Shown here: piece by piece, positions 9,358 through 18,725 of the stretch
How positions within the stretch are numbered: position 1 is the stretch's first letter
Layout of the letters: every line of letters begins with the position of its first letter
Assembly: GCA_044376115.1 (NCBI GenBank)
Contig: JBILLK010000018.1
Location: 128,001-192,000, forward strand
DNA from: Polyangiaceae bacterium
Lineage (GTDB): Bacteria > Myxococcota_A > Polyangia > Polyangiales > Polyangiaceae
DNA length: 64,000 nt
Direction: 5' to 3'
Position numbers and translations under genes: made by a program
Notes under the pieces: model-generated
Databases searched by the model: none
Seen by the model: only the letters and a program-made list of their open reading frames with translations
What the model was told of the DNA's origin: nothing

Positions 9358-10635
9358 TTGCTTCGAGCCTGTTTCGGCAGCAGAGTCCGGACCTTGTCCG
9401 CTCGCAGCGCTTTCTCGATCCTCGCGCAGTCCAACGTCCGAAGCTGGGTCACCGCTCGCTTCTGCTCCGGGACCGGCGTGAGCATGTTGCGGGCCACGGC
9501 GATTTGGGACGTCTACGCGAGCACCGGTTCGTCGGTGAACGTTGGGCTGCTCGGATTGCTCTCCTTCGTGCCTGCACCGGTGCTGGCGTTGACCGGCGGC
9601 GTGGTGGCAGACCGCGCGGATCGCAAACGCATCGTGCTGCTCACGCAAGCGGTGGAGCTCGCCTGCGCCGTCGCTTTCACGGTGAGCCGCCTGAGCAACC
9701 AACTACCGATGTGGCTGCTGTTCGCGCTGTACATCCTCAACGGCGCCGCCATCGCCTTCGAATCGCCGGCGAGACAAGCGGTGCTCCCGAGCCTCGTGCA
9801 GCGTGAAGACTTGAGCCGCGCGGTCACCGTTATGTCGACGGCCCATGCGCTCTCCTTCGTCTCCGGGCCAGCGGTTGCGGGCTTGTTGCTCGCTTCGTTT
9901 GGCACCGGCTACGCGTACGGAGGTGCGGCCGTGCTGCTGGCGATCGCATGGAGCTTCGTCGCTCGTGTCTCGCTCGTGCACACACCGTCGACCGAGGCCA
10001 AGCCTTCACCGCTTGCGTCGCTGCTCGAAGGCTTCCGCTTTTTGCGGCACAACAGGCTGGTGTTGGGCGCGATGACGCTCGATCTGTTCGCGGTGATCTT
10101 TGGTGGAGCGACGGCGATGCTGCCCGTTTACGCCGACAAGATCTTGAACGTCGGGCCGCGCGGCTATGGCTTGTTGACCGCCTCGCTCGACGTCGGGGCG
10201 GTGCTGACGAGCTTGGTCTTGCTGGTGCTCCCACCGATCAAACGGTTGGGACGCACCGTCGTGCTCGGCGTGCTCGGCTACGGCGCAGCGACGATCGCCT
10301 TCGGTCTGAGTCGCAACTTCGAGCTCTCGATCGCTGCTTACGTTTGTGTGGGCATCGCCGATCAATTCAGCGTGGTGAGTCGCTCGGCGCTGGTGCAACT
10401 TTCAACGCCGGACGCGCTGCGCGGGCGCGTGAGCTCGGTCAATACGCTCTTCATTCTGGCCTCCAACCAACTGACGTTGGCCGAGAGCGGCTTCCTCGCG
10501 GCGCTGACCAGCCCCACCACCAGCGTGGTCGCCGGGGGCGTGGTCGTGTTCGTCGTGACCGGGCTGGTGCTGCTGTTTGTGCCGGAACTCTACAGTTCGA
10601 CGCAGCGCGCCGCGAACGAGGAGCGTCAAAGCTGA
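9358..10635 (+). CDS. MFS transporter (EntS/DHA3-like); start uncertain
   Basis: GGVVADRADRKR motif A, ~12 TM, TPDALRGRVSS. Confidence 0.9.
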   Translation: MLRACFGSRVRTLSARSAFSILAQSNVRSWVTARFCSGTGVSMLRATAIWDVYASTGSSVNVGLLGLLSFVPAPVLALTGGVVADRADRKRIVLLTQAVELACAVAFTVSRLSNQLPMWLLFALYILNGAAIAFESPARQAVLPSLVQREDLSRAVTVMSTAHALSFVSGPAVAGLLLASFGTGYAYGGAAVLLAIAWSFVARVSLVHTPSTEAKPSPLASLLEGFRFLRHNRLVLGAMTLDLFAVIFGGATAMLPVYADKILNVGPRGYGLLTASLDVGAVLTSLVLLVLPPIKRLGRTVVLGVLGYGAATIAFGLSRNFELSIAAYVCVGIADQFSVVSRSALVQLSTPDALRGRVSSVNTLFILASNQLTLAESGFLAALTSPTTSVVAGGVVVFVVTGLVLLFVPELYSSTQRAANEERQS

Positions 10636-10692
10636 CGCACGGAGGCCGAGAACTTCGACAGACCGTCGCGCTCCTCGGGTTATGATGAAGCG

Positions 10693-11241
10693 GTGTCAGA
10701 GCTTTTGACCGAACGGCTGCGGCTGGTGCCGATCACAGTGCCGCTGGTAGAGGCCGTGCTCGAAGCCAACCGTCACAAGGCGGAAGCCATTCTCGAGGCG
10801 GAGTGCCCGGTCGCTTGGCCCAATCGAGGCTTGGTTGAGCGCGCCTTCTACGCTTCGCTCGACGCCATTCGCAGCGCGCCGCACGTGCGACTGTGGGGAG
10901 ACCGCGTGATGATCACCCGTCACGGTGCGCCGCGCGTGGTCGGCAGTGTGGTCTTTCACGGCGCTCCCGACGAACGCGGCTCGGTCGAGGTTGCGTACGG
11001 CGTCGAGGAGGACTCACAGCGCAAAGGCTTCGCCACCGAGGCAACGCGGATCAGCGTCGAATGGGCGCTCGCGCAGCCCGACGTTCAGGTCGTGCGCGCC
11101 GCCACGCCCGTATGGCACGTCGCATCGCAGAAGGTGCTGATGGCCTGCGGCCTCGTACGCACCGGCGAGCGTGACAGCCCGCTCGGAGATCTGTGGGAGT
11201 TCGAGCGCTTGCGTGTGCCTCCGCACATTCATGATCGCTGA
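10693..11241 (+). CDS. GNAT acetyltransferase (RimJ/RimL-like)
   Basis: LLTERLRL, EVAYGV...QRKGFATEA, ASQKVL. Confidence 0.9.
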   Translation: MSELLTERLRLVPITVPLVEAVLEANRHKAEAILEAECPVAWPNRGLVERAFYASLDAIRSAPHVRLWGDRVMITRHGAPRVVGSVVFHGAPDERGSVEVAYGVEEDSQRKGFATEATRISVEWALAQPDVQVVRAATPVWHVASQKVLMACGLVRTGERDSPLGDLWEFERLRVPPHIHDR

Positions 11242-11292
11242 ACGGCGGTTCGGACTTACAGCCTCGCGAGCGACCGTGCTAAGGGATGCGCA

Positions 11293-11500
11293 CCGTGGTT
11301 CGCGACCTTCGGGTCGCGCGTTGGGCAGCTAACCCAACGCCGGGAAGCCAGTGAAACTCTGGCACGGAGCCGCCGCTGTAACTCGCAAGGAAGTCGCGCA
11401 AGAGCTTCCATGTTGGACCACCACCACAAGCCTCTCGGGGTTTGGAAGGTGCCAGGTCTCCCTGCAAAGGAGGTCGAGAAGTCAGAACATCGGACCACGG
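11293..11500 (+). promoter_or_regulatory. Cobalamin (B12) riboswitch
   Basis: P1 CCGTGGTTCG(11293)/CGGACCACGG(11491); core GGGAA-GCCAGTGAAACTCTGGC-ACGGAGCCGCCGCTGTAAC; GGAAGG; B12 box AAGTCAGAACATCGG; upstream of TonB receptor operon. Confidence 0.88.
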
Positions 11501-11563
11501 AGCTCAGGGCGATTCACGTCGTCAGGAGCAAAAGAACGACGGGCGCGAGCATCGCCCGGAGGG

Positions 11564-12334
11564 ATGCAGATGAAGCCGTGGTTCGTTTTGTTGGCGTTGG
11601 TCGCCTGTGAAGGCAGCGCAAGTTCGGGGAGCGATGAGTCGGATGAGAGCGAGAGCTCGTCAGCGTCCGGTGCTTCCGAGAGCGGCGGAGCTGAGCTGGG
11701 CGGTGAAGATCAGGGCGGCGCTGCGCAAGGCGGGCTCGATCAAGGTGGAGCAGGCGCAACGGCGCCCGAACCTTGCAGCGGTTTTGCTTCCGAGGTGGTC
11801 GACGTAAGTTACGGCCCCGGCGCAGGCTTCGGCCAAGCGCGCATGCCTCACATCGTCTTCGGCAGCCCGAACGGCGCTGGCGTGAGCGCGGGCTCGCTCG
11901 ACGTTGTGTCGCTCGGCAACGGCGGGCAGATCACGCTTGGCTTCTCCGATCAGCGCATCATCGACGGCGATGGGCCCGACTTCATTGTGTTCGAGAACGC
12001 CTTCTTCGCCGGCGGCCAAGAGAGCGCCGTATTCGCAGAGCTCGCGACGGTCGAAGTGAGCGTCGACGGTGAAACCTGGTTCGCCTTTCCGTGCACGGCC
12101 ACCGCAGCGCCCTTCGGTAGCTGTGCGGGGTGGCACCCTGTATTCGCCAACGCGAAGGACGCAACGATCGATCCGCAAGACCCAGCCGAGGCTGGAGGCG
12201 ACGCCTTCGATCTGGCCGAGCTCGGGCTGAGCGAAGCACGCTTCGTACGGATCACCGATCGGGCCGACATCACCGGCTTGAACGGCTCCTTCGATCTCGA
12301 CGCTGTAGCGCTCGTTCACGCTGTTTGCGACTGA
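11564..12334 (+). CDS. Cell-surface lipoprotein, probable cobalamin-binding
   Basis: Lipobox LVAC; SLGNGGQITLGF...DGDGPDFIVFENAF motif; first gene after the riboswitch. Confidence 0.65.
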   Translation: MQMKPWFVLLALVACEGSASSGSDESDESESSSASGASESGGAELGGEDQGGAAQGGLDQGGAGATAPEPCSGFASEVVDVSYGPGAGFGQARMPHIVFGSPNGAGVSAGSLDVVSLGNGGQITLGFSDQRIIDGDGPDFIVFENAFFAGGQESAVFAELATVEVSVDGETWFAFPCTATAAPFGSCAGWHPVFANAKDATIDPQDPAEAGGDAFDLAELGLSEARFVRITDRADITGLNGSFDLDAVALVHAVCD

Positions 12335-12338
12335 GCCG

Positions 12339-14282
12339 ATGCGCCGCTTCGCTTGCGTCTTGACGCTCGCGCGCGCGCTTTTGATTTCGTCGAGAGCCAG
12401 CGCCGAGGACGTCGCCCCCATCGAGGTGGAGGTGCGCGGCGAGCTATTGCCACGCGTCGGCGATACCACCTTGCCCACGCTGGTGGTCGATCGCGAAGCG
12501 ACGCGTCGTCCGGGGGTGAGCGTGGCAGAGCTGCTGCGCTCCTTGCCCTCGCTCTCGGTCGCGAGGACGGGCGGCGCCAGCGACCTCGCCACGGTCTCCT
12601 TGCGTGGCGGGACCAGCGCGCAAACGCCGGTGTTCTTCGGCAATATTCGGCTCAACGACGAGCTGACCGGCACCGCGGATCTCTCGCTCATCCCGGCGGT
12701 CTTTCTGCGCCGCATCGAGGTCTTTCGTGGGCACGCGCCGATCGAACTCGCAGCGAACGGACTCACCGGCGCCGTGGTGCTGGTGCCGGAGAACGCCCTC
12801 GATCCGCGGGCCGCAGCCACCCTCGGCTTCGGCAGTTACGGCGAGCGAGCGGTGAGCCTCTCGGGCGGCGCTGGCAACGGTCGGCAGGCCGCCGCACTGT
12901 TCGTGCGCGCTGGGGAAGCGAGCAACGACTATTCGTTCATCGACGATCGCGGCACACGCTTCGACGCCTCCGACGACGTCGAGCGATCACGCACCAACGC
13001 CGATGCACGCACGCTCGATCTGTGGGCGACCTCGCATCTCGAAGGCCCACGCATCGCCGTCGACTTCCTAATTCGCAACTTCGCCCGCGAACAAGGCGTA
13101 CCGGGCCTGGGCGTGTTGCAGGCGTTGGGCGCTCGTTCGCAGGTGCAAGGGACCTTCGCCGCGATCACTTCGCGCGCCCAATGTGGAGACGGTTGTTACG
13201 TCGAGAGCAGCGCGAGTTTGCGCCGCTCCGACACCACCATCACCGATCCCAACCTCGAGCTGCTCTTGGCGTCGAAGCGCACCGACATGGCCGCGCGGCG
13301 AGCGAGCAGCGGCCTGCAATTCGGCTTCGCCCAGGCCGACCTCGCCGTGCGCGCCGGAGCCAATTTCACGCTCGATACGCTCGAGGTACTGCAAGACGCT
13401 CGCAGCGCCGTACGCGGCCGCGAGTCACGCATGCGCCTGTTCACCGGCCTCAACTACGAGCCGGTCGATTGGGCCGAGTTCACGGCCGAGGGCGCTGTCT
13501 CGAGCTCGAGCTCGGAGGGCGCCAACAGCTACGCAGGGGCGCCGGAGGCTCGCGTAGGAGCGGCGCTGCGACCGCATGAAGCGCTCGAGCTCTTCGCCAC
13601 CGGCGGCGTGTACAACCGCCTGCCGCTGCTCGGTGAACGCTTGGGCGTCAGCGCCACGGTGCTCGGCAATCCGCAGTTGGCGCCGGAGACCGGAGGCTCG
13701 GCCGACGTTGGTGCGCGCTTACGCTGGGAGACGAAGGACGTGGCGCTGGCCGCAGAGGCCGTGGGGTTTGCTCGCGTCGCCAGCGATCTCGTGGCGTACC
13801 AACGCAGCTCCTTCGGTGCGCTGCGGCCGTTCAACGTCGGCAGCGCGCGCATCGCCGGCGTCGATGTTATGGCGGCGGCCCGTTTCGTCGAATGGTTCTC
13901 GCTCGGCTCAGCGTTCAACCTGACCGACGCGCGCAACACCAGCGACGAAGCGACGTTGAGCAACGACCGTTTACCGTTCACAGCGCCCTGGTCGGTGTCG
14001 CCTTTTGCAGCGGTCGAACTTCGGTGGTCGGGTCTGATCGAGTGCTGGTCGGCGCGTGCAAGCTTTGACTACCGCAGCTCACGCTTCGCCGATCCGGCGG
14101 GCTTGATCGAACTTCCAGCGTTGCTCGATCTCGCGCTCGAGAGCTCGCTCGTCTTCGCCGGACAACGCGCAGAAGTGCGCCTGCGCGTCGCCAACCTAAC
14201 GAACAGCACGTCCACCGACTTGATCGGCTATCCGCTCCCCGGACCCAACGCCCATGGAACACTCACCCTGAGGTGGCCGTGA
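12339..14282 (+). CDS. btuB: TonB-dependent receptor, probable vitamin B12 transporter
   Basis: Plug motifs VSLRGG, RIEVFRG; GNPQLAPE; VANLTN near C-terminus; riboswitch context. Confidence 0.8.
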   Translation: MRRFACVLTLARALLISSRASAEDVAPIEVEVRGELLPRVGDTTLPTLVVDREATRRPGVSVAELLRSLPSLSVARTGGASDLATVSLRGGTSAQTPVFFGNIRLNDELTGTADLSLIPAVFLRRIEVFRGHAPIELAANGLTGAVVLVPENALDPRAAATLGFGSYGERAVSLSGGAGNGRQAAALFVRAGEASNDYSFIDDRGTRFDASDDVERSRTNADARTLDLWATSHLEGPRIAVDFLIRNFAREQGVPGLGVLQALGARSQVQGTFAAITSRAQCGDGCYVESSASLRRSDTTITDPNLELLLASKRTDMAARRASSGLQFGFAQADLAVRAGANFTLDTLEVLQDARSAVRGRESRMRLFTGLNYEPVDWAEFTAEGAVSSSSSEGANSYAGAPEARVGAALRPHEALELFATGGVYNRLPLLGERLGVSATVLGNPQLAPETGGSADVGARLRWETKDVALAAEAVGFARVASDLVAYQRSSFGALRPFNVGSARIAGVDVMAAARFVEWFSLGSAFNLTDARNTSDEATLSNDRLPFTAPWSVSPFAAVELRWSGLIECWSARASFDYRSSRFADPAGLIELPALLDLALESSLVFAGQRAEVRLRVANLTNSTSTDLIGYPLPGPNAHGTLTLRWP

Positions 14283-15517
14283 CAATGCATCGCATCCACG
14301 CCCTGAGTTCGCTGCTCATCGCAACCGTGCTCGCTGCTTGCGAAGCCGATCCGCCTGCTCCACCCGAACCGATCGACCAGCCGCTCGGCGTTTGCGGGCA
14401 TGCGCTTTACGTCGTCACCAGCGACTACCAATCGAGCGCCGTATCGGTGGTTTCCTTCGATGGGGAGGTGTTGGTCGCGCCGTTCTTGAGCTCTGCTTCG
14501 GAGACGCCGGGGCTGAGTGTGGCGCTATCCGGAGACGTCGTTGCGCCGCTCTCCACCACCAGCGGCGAGCTGATCCTGATCGACCGTTTTCCCGCGGGCG
14601 TGCTCACCTTCGCTGATCCCAAGAGCGGCACCGTGGTCGCGCAGACCGACGTCTCGACCGGCTTCGCGTCGAACCCGCAAGACGCGCTCGTGCTCAAAGA
14701 CGGTCGCATCGCTGTCGCGCGCTACGGTGAGAACCCCACGCCGGGCCAAGCTCCGTTCGACAGCGGCAGCGACCTGCTGCTGCTCGACGGTGCGAGCCAC
14801 ACGATCGTTGGGCAGGTCGAGCTGCGTTCGTTGCTCGAGGACGCAGAGCTCCTTCCGCGGCCCGCTCGCCTCGCGCGTAATGACGAGGAGGTGTTCGTTT
14901 TGTTGGCCGCCTACTCGAAGGACTTTCTCAGCAGCGGTGACGGCCGACTCGCGGTGCTGGACGGCGAAAGCTTGGAGCTCGTGAACTTGATCGAACTCAG
15001 CGGGGGCTTGGGTTGTGGCGCGCTCGCGCTCGCGCCCAGCAAAAACAGGCTCGCCGTCGGCTGTTCCGGCAGCTTCTCCGGAACCAGCGAGCCGACGCTC
15101 GAAGACTCAGCGTTGTTCATCCTCGATCGCGCTGAAAGCGGCTGGGCGCTCAGCCGAACGATCCCAGCGCAGGAGCTCGGACAAGATCCGCTCTCCGCCT
15201 CGATCGCCTTTGCTAGCGAGACGGTGCTGCTGGCTGCAACCTTCGGACGGCTCGCCGACAGCGGCGAACAAGAGCGTCCGGATCGACTGCTGGCGATCGA
15301 CCTCGAGACCGCCAAGGCCCAGGAGCTGCTGGCCACCCCGCGCTTGCCGTTCTCCTTCGGGGATGTGCGCTGTTGCGAGGACTGGTGCTTTCTTGCCGAC
15401 GCCGATCGCAGCGTGTTGCACCGCTGGAGTCACGCGGACGGAAGCTTCGAGGGCCGTCGCGAGATCCAGCTCGAGGACGGCATTGGCCTGCCGCCTCGCA
15501 CGCTGGGAGCGTACTGA
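14273..15517 (+). CDS. Beta-propeller lipoprotein (YncE/BtuG-like)
   Basis: Lipobox LAAC; TSDYQS, SNPQD blade motifs; overlaps the TonB receptor gene. Confidence 0.65.
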   Translation: MAVTMHRIHALSSLLIATVLAACEADPPAPPEPIDQPLGVCGHALYVVTSDYQSSAVSVVSFDGEVLVAPFLSSASETPGLSVALSGDVVAPLSTTSGELILIDRFPAGVLTFADPKSGTVVAQTDVSTGFASNPQDALVLKDGRIAVARYGENPTPGQAPFDSGSDLLLLDGASHTIVGQVELRSLLEDAELLPRPARLARNDEEVFVLLAAYSKDFLSSGDGRLAVLDGESLELVNLIELSGGLGCGALALAPSKNRLAVGCSGSFSGTSEPTLEDSALFILDRAESGWALSRTIPAQELGQDPLSASIAFASETVLLAATFGRLADSGEQERPDRLLAIDLETAKAQELLATPRLPFSFGDVRCCEDWCFLADADRSVLHRWSHADGSFEGRREIQLEDGIGLPPRTLGAY

Positions 15518-15560
15518 CGCGGTGGTCGGAACAATCGCGCTGGACTAGGCTGCGCGCCGC

Positions 15561-16232
15561 ATGCGCGTCTACCAACTCGTCGTTCTTGCTGTCGTTCTTG
15601 GTACGGCCGTTCCCGTTGGCCTGCACTACCAAGCCCATCACGTTTGGAACGTGCACCAGATCGGCGTTGGCTTCTTCCTTTGGCTCAACTCAATCATCTG
15701 CTTCTGGGAGATCTGCCTGCTGCTGAAGATCGATCGGATCGAGAAGGAGTACGCCCAGTTCCAGCTCGACTACGAGGGCCGTGAACTCGATCGCGTACGC
15801 GACTACTTCTTCTCGAAGGTGCCGCTGTCCAAGACGTTCTCACCGAACACCTGGAGTCAGATCTGGTCCTCCTACGCGCTGTTCGACTCGTCCTACGCCA
15901 ACCGCCGCTCCTACGGTTTCTTCATCGATATCGGCAACGGCTTCTCGGCGATCATCCCCTCGCTGCTGTTCCTCTACGGCATGACCTTCCACTTCATGCC
16001 GGCGCGCATCCTGGGCTTCATCGGCCTCTTGAGCTGCTACCAAATGTGGTACGGCACGCTCATCTACTACGTGAGTTACCTGCGTAACAAACGTAGCGAG
16101 GGCAAGCTCACGCTGGTCAACGGCGTGGTGGTGGCGCTGCTCAACAGCCCCTGGTTCACCTTCAGCATCTGGGGCATGTGGGCCGCCATCCAGATGATCA
16201 TCGACCAGTCCTACGCAGTCTTCCTGCGCTAA
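15561..16232 (+). CDS. Integral membrane protein, EXPERA/emopamil-binding-protein-like
   Basis: ~5 TM; FWEI and WSSYALFDSSY resemble EBP WxEYAxxDSRY. Confidence 0.5.
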   Translation: MRVYQLVVLAVVLGTAVPVGLHYQAHHVWNVHQIGVGFFLWLNSIICFWEICLLLKIDRIEKEYAQFQLDYEGRELDRVRDYFFSKVPLSKTFSPNTWSQIWSSYALFDSSYANRRSYGFFIDIGNGFSAIIPSLLFLYGMTFHFMPARILGFIGLLSCYQMWYGTLIYYVSYLRNKRSEGKLTLVNGVVVALLNSPWFTFSIWGMWAAIQMIIDQSYAVFLR

Positions 16233-16277
16233 TACGCTCGTGCTCCCTGCCTCTTCACTCGTGAGGGGCCGGACACC

Positions 16278-16700
16278 TCAGTGGATCGTCTCTTCCATCA
16301 GCTCGCGCCAATCTTCAGCGTCGAGTTCGGGGTAGATGTAGTCCCCCTCGAAGTTCGTGTGGTGGAGCATCAAGCGAGCAACGTCAAAAACGATCTGAGC
16401 GATAACGTCGACCTCGGTCGCCGCCTCAAGCTCGGTGCGCTTCTCACGAATGGCTTCGTGATGCTTCGTCGCCACCTTCACCTCGGGAGCGAGACCGCGA
16501 TCGGTAAGGCGCGTAAACAGGCAGCGCTCCTCGTACTCCATGTGGCGTTCCATCGCCCCGTGAAGGAACTTCAGCAGGCTGTCTTTCTCTTTTGCAGCGG
16601 CCTCGCGGGAACGATTGGCCGTTGCCATGAGTTGGCGCGCCATGTGTCGCGCGGCGTCCTCTTCCCCAAAGAGGTTGGCCAGCATGCTCTCGAAGTCCAC
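16278..16700 (-). CDS. Hemerythrin/HHE cation-binding protein
   Basis: HMEYEE, HHEAI, HHTNFEGDYIYP. Confidence 0.8.
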   Translation of the reverse strand: MDFESMLANLFGEEDAARHMARQLMATANRSREAAAKEKDSLLKFLHGAMERHMEYEERCLFTRLTDRGLAPEVKVATKHHEAIREKRTELEAATEVDVIAQIVFDVARLMLHHTNFEGDYIYPELDAEDWRELMEETIH

Positions 16701-16887
16701 AGAACCTTCCGAATCGCGGGAGTTTAGGTCCCCCCGAGACCGCCACGGGCATCGTGACGGCATGCGCATAGCATGAGGGCGGCCCGTCGGTAAGGACGCT
16801 GACTCAAAGTAAAAAGGCTAACCTTTCTGGTCCGGAACCGTTAGGCTTGGATTTGGGGCCAACTCTTTTGATGACTGGTCTTTTCGG

Positions 16888-18489
16888 GTGATCGAAGCAG
16901 GGCAATTGCTCAACCAACGCTACCGACTTCTCCGGCCTCTAGGCCAGGGGTCGCAGGCGTTTGTGTGGGTTGCGGAGCACCTTGCGCTCGGCTCCCAAGT
17001 TGCGGTCAAGCTCATCGATCCTGAGCTGGCCAAACAAGAGGACGCTCGGCAGCGTTTTGCGCGCGAGGCCACCGCAGCAGCCAAGCTTCGCTCGGCCCAC
17101 GTCGTGCAAATGCTCGACCACGGCATTGAAGGCGATCAGCCGTTCATCGTCATGGAGCTGCTCGACGGTGAGGATCTCTTCGATCGGCTGGACCGGCGGA
17201 AGAAGCTGACCTTGGTCGAGACAGCGCGCATCGTCACGCAGGTCTCACGCGCGCTGATGCGTGCCCACGCCGAGGGCATCATCCACCGTGATCTCAAGCC
17301 AGAGAACGTGTTCCTTGTGAGGAACGAGGATGATGAGCTGGCCAAGGTGCTCGACTTTGGCGTGGCCAAGGTGGTGACGCCGGCCAAACAAGTGATGGTC
17401 CGCACCGGCGTCGGCACGTTGATCGGCACGCCGCACTACATGAGCCCCGAACAAGTGAAGGGCGTGAGCGAGATCGATCATCGCTCGGACCTTTGGTCGC
17501 TCGGCGTGATCGCCTACCAGTGCGTCACTGGGCAGCTGCCGTTCGACAGCGAGGGCGTCGGAGACCTGCTGATCCGCATCACGATCAACGAGCCGCTCAA
17601 GCCCTCCACGCTGGTCCCGGATCTGCCGAGCGCCTTTGACGAATGGTTCAAACGGGCCTGCGCGAAGGAACCGGCGGAGCGGTTTCAGACCGCCAGGGAG
17701 ATGGCCGAGGCGCTCGTTCGCTGCAGCGGCGTGCAAGCTCCGGCGAGCCAATCCGGCCGCATGCTGGTGAACCTCGGTGACGCGGTGGATCTCGATTGGG
17801 GTTCGCTCGCGGGCATCCGCATTCCCTCGCCGCGGCGGTCTTCCCCCACGCTCGACGACATCGAATCGCGGGCCATGTTGCGCGGCTCGATCGCTGAGTC
17901 CGCCCCTCCCCCGCCCGCTGCGCCGCTGAGTGAAAACCCGTTCCTCAACCCGGAACCGCTCGCGCCTGCGCCTGCCTCGGCGCCCGTCTCTTCCGTGCGC
18001 GCGACCCCTTCGCTCGCACCGCAAGCCAGCAACAGCAGTCCGCCGTCCTCGGCCCTGCGAGCGATGGGCACCACCGTCACCGGCCTCAGCGCCAGCGCCG
18101 ACTACGAGCTTGAAGGCGGCGGCAAACGTCGTCGCGCACTTTGGTTCGTCGCCCTCGCCGTGGTTGTCGCCGGTTGCTTAGTTGCAGCCTTCATCATCCG
18201 CTCGCGCGGTGGCTTCGACGCCTTGACCACGCCCGCCGCAAGCTCTGCAGCACCGCAACCCTCGGTGTCGAGCTCCGCACCCAAGCCCGTCATCTCGAGC
18301 TCCGCAGCGGCCTCCTCCACCGCCTCCGCCGTGGACCCGACGATCACCAAGAAGCCCACGGCCAAACCCGTTGGCCCCACGCCGTCCCCCAACTGGAAGC
18401 CCCCGCGCAAGGATGAAGAGCCGGGCGCCGTGATCATCGAGCTCCCCGACCCGATCAAAGAGATGGAGAACCCCAAGCCCCGTCGCTAG
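16888..18489 (+). CDS. Transmembrane Ser/Thr protein kinase
   Basis: VAVK, HRDLKPEN, DFG, GTPHYMSPE; C-terminal TM and Pro/Ser-rich tail. Confidence 0.96.
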   Translation: MIEAGQLLNQRYRLLRPLGQGSQAFVWVAEHLALGSQVAVKLIDPELAKQEDARQRFAREATAAAKLRSAHVVQMLDHGIEGDQPFIVMELLDGEDLFDRLDRRKKLTLVETARIVTQVSRALMRAHAEGIIHRDLKPENVFLVRNEDDELAKVLDFGVAKVVTPAKQVMVRTGVGTLIGTPHYMSPEQVKGVSEIDHRSDLWSLGVIAYQCVTGQLPFDSEGVGDLLIRITINEPLKPSTLVPDLPSAFDEWFKRACAKEPAERFQTAREMAEALVRCSGVQAPASQSGRMLVNLGDAVDLDWGSLAGIRIPSPRRSSPTLDDIESRAMLRGSIAESAPPPPAAPLSENPFLNPEPLAPAPASAPVSSVRATPSLAPQASNSSPPSSALRAMGTTVTGLSASADYELEGGGKRRRALWFVALAVVVAGCLVAAFIIRSRGGFDALTTPAASSAAPQPSVSSSAPKPVISSSAAASSTASAVDPTITKKPTAKPVGPTPSPNWKPPRKDEEPGAVIIELPDPIKEMENPKPRR

Positions 18490-18584
18490 GGCGCTTGGTC
18501 GAGCTCCATCCGACGTCGCTGGCCGAAATGCGACCGCGCCGGCCAGAGTTGGCCCGCACACACGAGGCCACGGCGGGGGATCGA

Positions 18585-18668
18585 GCCTCGAATTAACCGT
18601 TTTGTTGAGTTCGCCGCCCGATCCCTGGGCGATCGAAGCCCGAATTCAACAAAACGTCCAATTGAGGC
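18585..18668. repeat. Long imperfect palindrome between convergent genes
   Basis: cgttttgttgagttcg pairs with cgaattcaacaaaacg; outer gcctc/gaggc arms. Confidence 0.7.
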
Positions 18669-18725
18669 GCCCATCCGGGCGGGTGGTTCTCGGGCGGGGT
18701 CCTCCGGCGGCGGTCCGCGAGGCTT

